From: an uncultured virus (IMG/VR IMGVR_UViG_3300009702_000024)
Taxonomy: Duplodnaviria; Heunggongvirae; Uroviricota; Caudoviricetes
Virus record (IMG/VR): IMGVR_UViG_3300009702_000024
DNA length: 20,000 bases
Reading direction: 5' to 3' (one strand)
The notes below the pieces were generated by a model. That model did no database searches and was not told the DNA's origin. It saw only the letters and a list, made by a program, of their open reading frames with translations. Both the position numbers and the translations under genes were made by a program. Positions within the stretch are counted from its first letter, which is position 1. Every line of letters begins with the position of its first letter. Shown here one piece after another: positions 8,541 to 16,902 of this stretch.

Positions 8541-8918
8541 ATGAAAGATACGACAGAAAAAGAATTGGAAGAAATTACAACTTTGCTGGTGAAAGCTATA
8601 TGGGAGTCTTTTAGGATGCCTCCTCATTCTCACATTGCTTATTTGATAAATAATCCAAATACGAAAACTGTAATAATTAAAATGACAAAAATCTTGGATA
8701 TTGCAGACGTAGGTTACTCGGAATACGATTTGAAAGAAAGTACTTTGACACTCAAAAATACTGTGACCATCCACCTTATGCCAATGTCCGGTTTAATTTC
8801 AGAAATGTCTGCTACAAAGAAAACAGAGATAAGAGAAAAGAAAACTATCGAACCACATGTAATATGTATAGATGAACAAGCTTATTCTAGTAAACAAATA
8901 GGGAGGTGGAATATATGA
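8541..8918 (+). CDS. Paralog of the preceding gene; Walker B-like motif present, Walker A absent
   Basis: IWESFRMPPHSHIAYL vs MWKAYNMPPNSHLYFV; LTLKNTVTIHLM vs LVLENTVTIHFI; C-terminal HVICIDEQAY. Confidence 0.65.
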   Translation: MKDTTEKELEEITTLLVKAIWESFRMPPHSHIAYLINNPNTKTVIIKMTKILDIADVGYSEYDLKESTLTLKNTVTIHLMPMSGLISEMSATKKTEIREKKTIEPHVICIDEQAYSSKQIGRWNI

Positions 8919-9121
8919 TTGAAGACAAAACTCTAATAGAAGAAAAACGAAAATTCGTGGAGTATTTGAAAAAGCACGTAAAGGATGAGGATCATATTAC
9001 TTCTAAAGAAATATCAGAAATAATAGAAAATTATCAGAACACAAGAGTGAGTGAATATCGTATTGTAGGATTAGACAGAATATACAAAATAATTGGAGAT
9101 GTGAAATATGATGAAAAATGA
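8906..9121 (+). CDS. Hypothetical protein
   Basis: SD GGAGGTG at ~8902-8908 favours the ATG at ~8915; operonic overlaps. Confidence 0.6.
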   Translation: MEYMIEDKTLIEEKRKFVEYLKKHVKDEDHITSKEISEIIENYQNTRVSEYRIVGLDRIYKIIGDVKYDEK

Positions 9122-10487
9122 GAAAAAGATGACGGTAAAAGAGTATCTTCAATCGCTGGACTGGACACTGAAATACGCAGACATGAAAGAGAATACTCAC
9201 AATATTCACACATACCCAGCTCGTATGCCACCATTACTTGTAAGAAGGATCATAAAAAATTTGTCTATGAAAGACGACACTGTTCTAGATCCATTCATGG
9301 GATCGGGAACTGTTACACTAGAAGCATTCATCAATAAGAGGAGAAGTATTGGTATAGATGTCAATCCTCTTGCTGTGAAAATAGCTCGAATAAAATCAAC
9401 AATTGTTGATCCACAGAAGATCCAAGAGGAATTTATGAGAGTGTTGAAAAACGCTAATTCTGATCTCTCAAAGAAAAAAGATGCTTACAGAATTAAATTC
9501 CTTGCATATAAAAAGTCTTTATCGTGGAAGACAATAAAGTGGTTAAATTACTGGTTTCTTGATTATGTGCAACTTCAACTATTTGGTCTGAAAGAGGTTA
9601 TCAAACGAATAAGAAATGAAGAAATTAGAGAATTCTTTCAAATTATCTTATCTGATACTTCTAGATGGGTATCAAACAATCGAAACAGCTCATACAAAAA
9701 TTATAAAATGAGCGAAGAGCAAATGAAAAAGTTTGAACCTAAAGTATTTCAAACTTTTAATCTTCTCTACAGTCAAGCCATTATCAGTATGCACAAACTT
9801 ATAGATAATGTGATAGGAGAATACTCACCAGTCTTCTCACATAAATTCTTCCTCAAATTAGTTAAGGAGAAAACGAGTGGATACACTCCAAAAATTCTCA
9901 ATGAAAATTTTCTTGACACAGATATAAAACCTAAATCAGTTGATCTTATCCTCACAAGTCCCCCATATGGTGATAATGGGACAACAGTGGCTTACGGTCA
10001 ATTCTCAAAATTCTCTCTTTTCTGGTTAGGTTACGATCCTCTTACTGGAGCAAAGATTGACAGAGAAGGATTAGGAGGAAGAAAACTGTATGACACGGAG
10101 ATGATATATTCTCCGCATTTCTATATAATCAAGAAAAAGATTAAGGAGAACGAGAAAGAGATGAAAAATAATACTCGTCACATTGATTTTCATCTCTTCT
10201 TTCAAGAGTATCAGAAATCTATTGAGAAAATGGCGATGTGTATTAAGAACAATAAATATATATGTCTGGTTGTTGGAAATCGCTCTGTTAGAGGTGTGAG
10301 AGTTCCTATGGATCTTATAAGTGTAGAAATAGCAAGGCAGTATGGTCTTGAGCATTATTTAACTCTAAATCGAGATATTTCAAGTAAACGACATCCTATA
10401 TCACAAAAGATGAAAATAAATGACAAATCTACAAAAATTAACAATATAAATAGAGAAACCATTGTCATCTTGAAGAAAACTGGTTGA
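9108..10487 (+). CDS. DNA N4-cytosine methyltransferase, alpha class, M.MvaI-like
   Basis: Motif X HNIHTYPARMPP; motif I VLDPFMGSGT precedes motif IV LILTSPPYGDNGTTVAYGQFS; VVGNRSV. The TSPPYGD..TTVAYGQFS string is what I recall as typical of the MvaI-like family. Confidence 0.9.
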   Translation: MMKNEKKMTVKEYLQSLDWTLKYADMKENTHNIHTYPARMPPLLVRRIIKNLSMKDDTVLDPFMGSGTVTLEAFINKRRSIGIDVNPLAVKIARIKSTIVDPQKIQEEFMRVLKNANSDLSKKKDAYRIKFLAYKKSLSWKTIKWLNYWFLDYVQLQLFGLKEVIKRIRNEEIREFFQIILSDTSRWVSNNRNSSYKNYKMSEEQMKKFEPKVFQTFNLLYSQAIISMHKLIDNVIGEYSPVFSHKFFLKLVKEKTSGYTPKILNENFLDTDIKPKSVDLILTSPPYGDNGTTVAYGQFSKFSLFWLGYDPLTGAKIDREGLGGRKLYDTEMIYSPHFYIIKKKIKENEKEMKNNTRHIDFHLFFQEYQKSIEKMAMCIKNNKYICLVVGNRSVRGVRVPMDLISVEIARQYGLEHYLTLNRDISSKRHPISQKMKINDKSTKINNINRETIVILKKTG

Positions 10488-10499
10488 AACCAATTAAAA

Positions 10500-10907
10500 C
10501 TATTCAGATAATTGTTCTGTTTTAATTTTAGACATTCGAGCACTGTTCTCCTCATCGGAGAGATAAGACTTCCATCCTTTATTCTGCCTACTTCTACTTA
10601 CTTTCTGATTTTCCATCCATTCTGTAATAGATTTTTTAGTTATTGGATAACTGTATATTGGTGTGCATGGATCTCCTTCTTTTTTCTGTCGTACATTCAT
10701 GCAGTTTGTACAGAGCATTAAACTTCCTCTTTCCTTTAGGGGAAAAGTGTTTTGTACCATCTGTCTTCTTTTCGTCAGAGGGAATTTCATGTAATATTCT
10801 CTTAAATATTTGACTACTTCTGCAATTGACCCAGCTTTTTGATCTACTTTTGGTTCAACTTTAGGTTCAACAGTTGGTTCAATTTCTTCTTCATCAGCAT
10901 CTGGCAT
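10500..10907 (-). CDS. Hypothetical protein with acidic/Pro N-terminal repeats and CxxC
   Basis: MPDADEEEIEPTVEPKVEPKVDQK...LCTNC...PC; TATA-like TTTATAC ~25 nt upstream. Confidence 0.7.
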   Translation of the reverse strand: MPDADEEEIEPTVEPKVEPKVDQKAGSIAEVVKYLREYYMKFPLTKRRQMVQNTFPLKERGSLMLCTNCMNVRQKKEGDPCTPIYSYPITKKSITEWMENQKVSRSRQNKGWKSYLSDEENSARMSKIKTEQLSE

Positions 10908-10961
10908 AAATTACTGTGTGTAGTATCGAAGTATAAATCTTATCACTACAACTTGGACATT

Positions 10962-11249
10962 TCACAACTCGAATTCGAGAGATATTTCTAGTACATCGTC
11001 CTCAATAAAGATCTTTGATGACATACCTTGCCATTTAATTCTACGACTGAATAAAATAGACAGTTCGTTCTGCAAGTGGATGAACACTTCGCTGAAAATT
11101 CTCTCTTTCAGTGGTGATCCATGCCATTTATACACTGTGAGCAAACTTTTAGAATGGATTTCTATAATCTTATTCGTGTAATATATACACACAAATGAGA
11201 AATCTATCGCTCTATCATCCAGCAATAAGTTAGAAATTTTTATCTGCAT
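10962..11249 (-). CDS. Hypothetical protein (start uncertain)
   Basis: ORF fills the gap. The track start (11315) overlaps the opposite gene and its promoter, so ATG 11249 or 11267 is more plausible. Confidence 0.45.
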   Translation of the reverse strand: MQIKISNLLLDDRAIDFSFVCIYYTNKIIEIHSKSLLTVYKWHGSPLKERIFSEVFIHLQNELSILFSRRIKWQGMSSKIFIEDDVLEISLEFEL

Positions 11250-11275
11250 ACTCTTCAATTTATACATTATCCAAA

Positions 11276-11291
11276 ATGTATTTATATATAT
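11276..11291. promoter_or_regulatory. TATA element (TTTATATATA) between divergent genes, possibly bidirectional
   Basis: Lies 20-29 nt upstream of ATG 11310. Confidence 0.55.
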
Positions 11292-11309
11292 CTTTCCACA
11301 CCTATAATA

Positions 11310-12959
11310 ATGCAAGATAGTAAAATTTATGACGATTTTGTACTAATATATGGAGACGCATTCAAATATGTTAGAGGGATACCCAGAAAAAGTATAAAAT
11401 TGATTATGACATCGCCACCTTACAACATTGGAAAAGAGTATGAGAAGAAGAAGAAATTCGATGACTACTTATACGATATGCAGAAATTGATTGAGAATTT
11501 AAAGAACGTTCTTAGAGATGATGGTATTGTAGTATGGCAAGTAGGCAATTACATTGAGAGACGAAGTAATGTGACAGAAATATTTCCTCTAGATTATTAC
11601 TTCACAGATATATTCATCTCTGCTGGTTTCAGATTTCTGGAGCGTGTCGTGTGGAGGTTTGGACACGGATTAAATGCCACGAAGAAATTTTCGGGAAGAT
11701 ATGAAACTTTGCTGGTCTTCTGTAAAGCAGACTACCTTCCTAAGCATCAAATTAGAAGATACAATGACATACCCAATGAGCTGAAAAGTAAAATTGTCAT
11801 GAATTCATGGATTGAAAAAATTTGGAACATTCCAAACGTGAAATCCAATCATGTTGAGAAATATAAACATCCGTGCCAATTTCCAATAGAGTTGGTTGAA
11901 CGGGTAGTGTACGCTTACACCGAAAAGAACGATGTCGTTCTGGATCCGTTTGCTGGAGTCTCATCAACACTGATAGCTACCATAAAATGTGGTCGAAAAG
12001 CTATTGGTATCGAAATAGACATGAAATATATAAAAATTAGTAAAGAGAGGCATATCAAATTTCTCAACAATAAATTGAAGATACGAGAAATGCGAGATCA
12101 AAAAGAAATTCCAATTACAAAAGGGAAGACCAGCATCATTCCCAAAGAATTTGATCTCTATTGGAGAGAGAAAAAGAGGGAAGAGAAAGAGTTTATTCTC
12201 AAAAATCTTGCAAAATTTGACAAAAATAGTGGGGATATTCCACTCCATATAATTCGGCAAAAATTATTAAAAACTCTCAAATCAAAAACTTATAGTCTTA
12301 TTTTCGTTGACCTCCTTGAGTGTTTTAATGAAACACGGTGGTATGATATTATGAATACTATAGTGGAAAATTCACTGATGAAAAACAATGGTAATTTTCT
12401 CATACTCGTAGATGGAAGACGGTTCATTGAAAGAGAAACTTATAAAAAATTCAAGGAATTTACATCCACGAAATTCAAACTTAGAGGAAGAGTGGTAATT
12501 GATGGAGGGAATTACACTGACACTTCATACTTAATGCTTCTGTGGTTCACAGCATCAGAGACATATCTATGGGATCTAGATAATCTAAGAATTCCTCAGA
12601 AATATCCCGGAAAGACTCATTATAGTGGGAAGAAGAAAGGGACAATTTCTGGCAATAAACGTGGAAAGAACCCATCTAATTATTGGGGAACTGAGACACT
12701 TAATTTCCACAAGAAATTATATCACACGAACTCCACTGACACGGTATATGAGATGGTTGTCAAAGGCTTCTCTTCTACTGGAGACTCTATTCTACTAATG
12801 AACTATGGCAGAGATGGTCATAAGATGGTAAAATATGCTCTTGCACGAGGACGCAAGGTCGTTGAAGTCATTCCAGAGTATCAAGAATACATGGTAAATG
12901 CAAGGAAAAGAACGAATTTTGACGACATAAAAGAAGCATTTTCCAAATATACACTATAA
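11310..12959 (+). CDS. Beta-class DNA amino-methyltransferase (BglII/BstYI-like, probably m4C) fused to a second, catalytically degenerate MTase domain
   Basis: N-half: IMTSPPYNIGKEYE, WQVGNY, WRFGHGL..KFSGRYETL, IPNVKSNHVEK..HPCQFP, VLDPFAGVSST. C-half repeats the fold: LIFVDLLE (for DPPY/SPPY), LMKNNGNF, LLWFT..YLWDLDNLRIPQKYPGK...GKNPSNYW, STGDSILLMNYG, RGRKVV. Confidence 0.88.
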   Translation: MQDSKIYDDFVLIYGDAFKYVRGIPRKSIKLIMTSPPYNIGKEYEKKKKFDDYLYDMQKLIENLKNVLRDDGIVVWQVGNYIERRSNVTEIFPLDYYFTDIFISAGFRFLERVVWRFGHGLNATKKFSGRYETLLVFCKADYLPKHQIRRYNDIPNELKSKIVMNSWIEKIWNIPNVKSNHVEKYKHPCQFPIELVERVVYAYTEKNDVVLDPFAGVSSTLIATIKCGRKAIGIEIDMKYIKISKERHIKFLNNKLKIREMRDQKEIPITKGKTSIIPKEFDLYWREKKREEKEFILKNLAKFDKNSGDIPLHIIRQKLLKTLKSKTYSLIFVDLLECFNETRWYDIMNTIVENSLMKNNGNFLILVDGRRFIERETYKKFKEFTSTKFKLRGRVVIDGGNYTDTSYLMLLWFTASETYLWDLDNLRIPQKYPGKTHYSGKKKGTISGNKRGKNPSNYWGTETLNFHKKLYHTNSTDTVYEMVVKGFSSTGDSILLMNYGRDGHKMVKYALARGRKVVEVIPEYQEYMVNARKRTNFDDIKEAFSKYTL

Positions 12960-12998
12960 GATACCAACATTTTTAATAGCAACTAATAATTCACCATT

Positions 12999-13292
12999 AT
13001 GAAATTACGAGAACGTAATACTATCTACCCGAAATTACATGAGAGATTTGTTAAACTCACAATAGAGGGAAATGACGAGATGAAAATAGACATGTGCAAG
13101 AAACTTATGAAGCATAATGAAGTGCTCTATGCCGAATTGCATCCACTTGAACACACTGGAATACGCATTGTCGTATCAAGAGCACTAAATTTTAGAGACG
13201 TGCTTAATATTATCAAGAGAGAAATTGACGATGAGATAAAATTTGTAGAATTGCGAGAAGTTTCTAGTTTCTATCCCGCACTCGAAAGATGA
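12999..13292 (+). CDS. Hypothetical protein
   Basis: ORF with TTTTTAATA ~21-29 nt upstream. Confidence 0.65.
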   Translation: MKLRERNTIYPKLHERFVKLTIEGNDEMKIDMCKKLMKHNEVLYAELHPLEHTGIRIVVSRALNFRDVLNIIKREIDDEIKFVELREVSSFYPALER

Positions 13293-13561
13293 GAGGTGAG
13301 TATATGAACATCTATGAAAGCACAAACGGAGACATTATTGAGCTGAAAACTGTCGCACATATATCAAAGAAAAGCAAGTGGGTGAGATATACGAAAGAAA
13401 GAGTGAAATTGCATCTCAAACTCAACTATCCTTCTTCCCACATTATATCTTATAGCACAACTACCACAAATAACCCGCAAGAAATCATCATCCGTCTTCT
13501 TGCTGAACTGTTTCCAGAGAAGCAGACCACACTCTCCTCCTTCCTAAATTCTGCACAGTAG
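13289..13561 (+). CDS. Hypothetical protein
   Basis: ORF; GAGGTGA SD suggests a start at the second Met (~13304). Confidence 0.6.
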   Translation: MRGEYMNIYESTNGDIIELKTVAHISKKSKWVRYTKERVKLHLKLNYPSSHIISYSTTTTNNPQEIIIRLLAELFPEKQTTLSSFLNSAQ

Positions 13562-13611
13562 TACTTGCAGTTATAGAAACGTTTATATTACCACAATGTA
13601 GTAAGTGTAGT

Positions 13612-14262
13612 ATGAAGAAAGTGAAGATATTTCCAGCACTTACTTTCTGCTCATTTGGGGAATGCAGAAATCGTATAACACCACGAACAGAGAAAGAGCT
13701 GAGAAAGATGAAGGGAAGAGACGTGTTGAAAGACACCTTCTGTGACGAATGCGTTGAAAGTAAATTCACACAGAAAGGATCACCCAAAATACTGTCCCAC
13801 TGGCGGAGAAAGATAGAGAAGAAAGCGGAGACAGTGACCCGTATCATCTACGGTGACGAGATTGCGAAAGAACGAACTCAAGCACTCAAGACTGTGAAGT
13901 TCATTCCAACTCTGAGAAAGTACAAAAATCTTCGCACTGGAATAGTTGGTCAGTATTTTGGTAACAACAGAATAGAATTGAATGTACGTAAATGCAGTAC
14001 CGAAACCCAATTCATTTCAGTCTATGTCCACGAGATCTCCCACCATTTTGTCTTCTGGAAGAAGGAGAATAAGTCACACGGGGAAGAATTTGTTAGGTTC
14101 ATTCGAGCACTCATCCACGAGCTAGAATTTGAGATCACACACTGCCACAGAAAGAAGAACGGTGACATTCGCTGGGATGCCATCATGGACATCAAGCTAC
14201 CTCCTCGTAAGCACAGCAATTTTGCATCAATGGAGAAAATGGAGAAAATGGAGAAAGTCTAA
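13612..14262 (+). CDS. SprT-like zinc metallopeptidase with N-terminal Cys4 Zn-finger
   Basis: GQYF...IELN...VYVHEISHH...SHGEEF (HExxH plus HGxxF); CSFGEC...CDEC; promoter GAAACGTTTATATTA at 13576-13590. Confidence 0.8.
   Translation: MKKVKIFPALTFCSFGECRNRITPRTEKELRKMKGRDVLKDTFCDECVESKFTQKGSPKILSHWRRKIEKKAETVTRIIYGDEIAKERTQALKTVKFIPTLRKYKNLRTGIVGQYFGNNRIELNVRKCSTETQFISVYVHEISHHFVFWKKENKSHGEEFVRFIRALIHELEFEITHCHRKKNGDIRWDAIMDIKLPPRKHSNFASMEKMEKMEKV
14230..14256 (+). repeat. Perfect 9-bp tandem repeat x3 (ATGGAGAAA) encoding MEK-MEK-MEK
   Basis: Seen directly at the 3' end of the SprT-like gene. Confidence 0.9.
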
Positions 14263-14310
14263 TTGTAGATAACAAAGCTTATTAATACATTATATACATA
14301 ATGATATAGT

Positions 14311-15186
14311 ATGGTAATATACAACACAGAACCGCCGATACCGCCTACCAACGTGAATGGTAGAATAAACTGGACACGAACCAAGCTTGAAAACATAGCA
14401 AATTACATCGATGCTATAGAAGAAAGTTACAAAATGGGGAAGTACGGGACAGTGATAATTGAAAATCTGGAAGTTAACAATCCGCTGAATGACGATTTCG
14501 GATTTACTGTAAATCCGTTCAAAGAATGCGTTTATCTCTTCAGTACGAAGGGTACACTCTTTGATCAGATGGGACAAAAAAAACTGAATTACGGGGATTT
14601 CAATAAACTTCTAAGTAGTGTGCTGTACAAAATAGTTATAGACAACTTAAATGGTTTAACTGTCCGTTACGATTTAGCTGAGGATATGTACACATGGGAC
14701 ATCAACATGCCAACTCTTGACGGTTTTACGAAAAAACGTTTCAAGACGAGTGGACACCTCACTCGTGTGAGGATGCTGAACATAGCTTTTGGTATAACGA
14801 GCATCCACATGAGACAGAAGCAATTCATGTCAGTTCCAACTTTGGACACAATCTCACAATTGTTCCAGAGTGAGAAAATTGGTGGTCGGCACTCTGGAAG
14901 AGATGCAAAAGAAGAGCAACTTCTTCTCTATATTCTCTACACTTACGGTAAGAGTCTGGCATACAGTTACGATCTTGGACTCGACACCGCTTTTCTGGAT
15001 CTCAAACGTCACGATCTTCCACCAGAATACGTGAGAATTATATCTCGTGGAATAAGTGCAGTAAGAAAGTGCTCTTTCGTCATGGTGTACGAGGACAGCA
15101 GTTTCCACACAATAAACGTACTAGATCTTGAAAAATTAGGAGGTAACAATATTACAGTTGTTGACTGGTTTGATGGAGTGATCTAA
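14311..15186 (+). CDS. Hypothetical protein (291 aa), paralog of the next gene
   Basis: Long ORF with promoter AAAGCTTATTAA upstream; collinear similarity to 15187-16062. Confidence 0.8.
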   Translation: MVIYNTEPPIPPTNVNGRINWTRTKLENIANYIDAIEESYKMGKYGTVIIENLEVNNPLNDDFGFTVNPFKECVYLFSTKGTLFDQMGQKKLNYGDFNKLLSSVLYKIVIDNLNGLTVRYDLAEDMYTWDINMPTLDGFTKKRFKTSGHLTRVRMLNIAFGITSIHMRQKQFMSVPTLDTISQLFQSEKIGGRHSGRDAKEEQLLLYILYTYGKSLAYSYDLGLDTAFLDLKRHDLPPEYVRIISRGISAVRKCSFVMVYEDSSFHTINVLDLEKLGGNNITVVDWFDGVI

Positions 15187-16062
15187 ATGGAGTATATAGA
15201 CGATGCAAGTATCACAGAAACACTTTCCAAGATACGGAATTACCAGAAGGAGATCACGCAGACTGGAAGGAACGAGAAGTACTTCATACAAAGTTTGAAC
15301 AATCTCTCTGATGGGAGTGATAAGATAAGCCATATCAAGTTCATTACAATGTCTTCACTTTATATGGTAAAAATATTCTTGGTGTCCAATAACAACACAC
15401 TATACTTGATTGGAAATATAAGTCTCTCAAGCTTCATGAATTTTCTCGACACTACAATGAAAAAAGAGTCAAGTCCAGCTGTTCTGGTAGGAATATTCCA
15501 CTACGATGAGATACACGAGAAGCGAATTGTCTACAACAGTAAGAAAGATGTATTCTACGCATCGGCAAACTACACTGAGAGTTCTGGTATTCGGATGAAT
15601 TCTCCCCTTGAATTCGACAGCTTCGAGCTGAGAAAAACTTTGCTTCAATTGGCTATTGGCATGACCTATTCTATCCCTCGTCATCCACATCTTCCAGCAT
15701 CACTTTTCCCCACCGATGTCCGTCTTTGGAAGACCGACAATGAAACAGACAAGGAGCTTATTCTCGCTCTTCTCTACCACAATGGTAGGAGGATGCGGGA
15801 CATTGGCAAAACTTTCGATCCAGTGTACACCAAGCTCACCTTAGAGCAAATTCGAGCTGTCGGTATGGGTATGTCCGACATTGACGATACTCTACTGGTC
15901 AGTACCGAAGATGGTAGTTACATTATGCACCCATACGATCCGCTCATTGTCAATTGGAGACACATGCGTACTATGAAATGGCAGAACCTCACTCTTCCTT
16001 TCAGTGGTGAACTGAAGGATGATTTAGAAGATTACTTGAAGGACGATTTGGAGGATGATTAG
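15187..16062 (+). CDS. Hypothetical protein (291 aa), paralog of the previous gene
   Basis: Abuts the previous stop; SD GGAGTGA; acidic DDLEDYLKDDLEDD tail. Confidence 0.8.
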   Translation: MEYIDDASITETLSKIRNYQKEITQTGRNEKYFIQSLNNLSDGSDKISHIKFITMSSLYMVKIFLVSNNNTLYLIGNISLSSFMNFLDTTMKKESSPAVLVGIFHYDEIHEKRIVYNSKKDVFYASANYTESSGIRMNSPLEFDSFELRKTLLQLAIGMTYSIPRHPHLPASLFPTDVRLWKTDNETDKELILALLYHNGRRMRDIGKTFDPVYTKLTLEQIRAVGMGMSDIDDTLLVSTEDGSYIMHPYDPLIVNWRHMRTMKWQNLTLPFSGELKDDLEDYLKDDLEDD

Positions 16063-16453
16063 AATAAGCACAGCACCTTCTGGCATTTACTTACATCTCA
16101 CGAAGAGGGACTTTGTGGTTGACAATCCCGACATACTAGATGTCGTCACTGAGTGGCACAAGAAGCTGGTTCTGAAAGCTGACATGTCATGCATGTCTGA
16201 GCTTCTTCTCTGGAGGTTCTACACTGTTGGAGTTAGCGTTGAGAGTTTCGAGCCTATCAGCAGCATCCGAGACTTTGCGACAAAATTTGCACTTCCATTG
16301 ATACATCGTTTCGGTATTCCCTACGATCTGAGTTTTCTGGTGAACCCACATGTCGCCGATTTCGACATGGAGATGACCAAGATCATTGTGAAACTCATGA
16401 ACCACGAGGTTCTTGAGATGTCCGAGATCAACCGCATTATCAATGGGAGCTGA
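16055..16453 (+). CDS. Hypothetical protein (132 aa)
   Basis: Overlaps the upstream stop; last gene of the run. Confidence 0.7.
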   Translation: MIRISTAPSGIYLHLTKRDFVVDNPDILDVVTEWHKKLVLKADMSCMSELLLWRFYTVGVSVESFEPISSIRDFATKFALPLIHRFGIPYDLSFLVNPHVADFDMEMTKIIVKLMNHEVLEMSEINRIINGS

Positions 16454-16647
16454 GCATGTCTGCTGAGCAATCTGCTTGGCACACTCTGAATTGCTGAGGC
16501 AAGAGAGATTTCCACATCAAACGATTTAGGACAGTGATGAAGTCCGTGCTTCGCACGGAGTGGAGTTGGTCAGAGTTGGTGAAGGGATGATCACGGATAT
16601 TTAAAGGAGTGATCTGCGGGTGTAGCGAAAACTTTTTGGTTACGCTC

Positions 16648-16677
16648 ATTCTGTATTAGTAATAACTAATACAGAAT
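16648..16677. repeat. Perfect inverted repeat, 13-bp arms, 4-nt loop
   Basis: ATTCTGTATTAGT-AATA-ACTAATACAGAAT. Confidence 0.9.
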
Positions 16678-16887
16678 TAACAATAGAAGAAAAATACAAG
16701 TAGTTGCGTACCCAAAAAAAAGCTCTAGTGGTCATCTGATTGAAGTAGATTGACTGTGGAAGGGTTTAAGGTAGGTAAAATATGTGTTTTCCTACGATTT
16801 TCAAAAAGTGGAACGGAAATGCACTGTAATAAAATGTCTGGAGTTCCGGTACTATTTTGATACACATATCATTATAGAACACCTTCT

Positions 16888-16902
16888 TATATAAACTTTG
16901 CG
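16888..16902 (-). promoter_or_regulatory. BRE-TATA promoter (CGCAAAG-TTTATATA) with no substantial downstream ORF
   Basis: Close to archaeal consensus; followed by a 33-codon ORF (16867-16766) and a T8 tract (16721-16714). Confidence 0.55.

Noticed and set aside
8035..8918. A functional terminase large subunit split by a frameshift or intron
   Set aside because: The two ORFs are homologous to each other rather than consecutive parts of one protein, each has its own SD, and no nuclease domain follows.
3675..10927. Similar strings TTACTGTGTAGTATC (3675) and TTACTGTGTGTAGTATC (10911) as att sites or direct repeats
   Set aside because: They are short and imperfect, one lies inside a coding end, and no integrase is present; chance cannot be excluded.
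9108..12959. Complete type II restriction-modification system
   Set aside because: No recognisable endonuclease lies beside either MTase; the ORFs between them are short and lack a convincing PD-(D/E)xK motif.
3049..16649. Numerous short antisense or overlapping ORFs in the track (e.g. 3049-3243, 4526-4795, 9773-9955, 11964-12260, 13488-13847, 14290-14577, 16187-16405)
   Set aside because: They overlap longer, motif-bearing or operonic genes and lack start signals.
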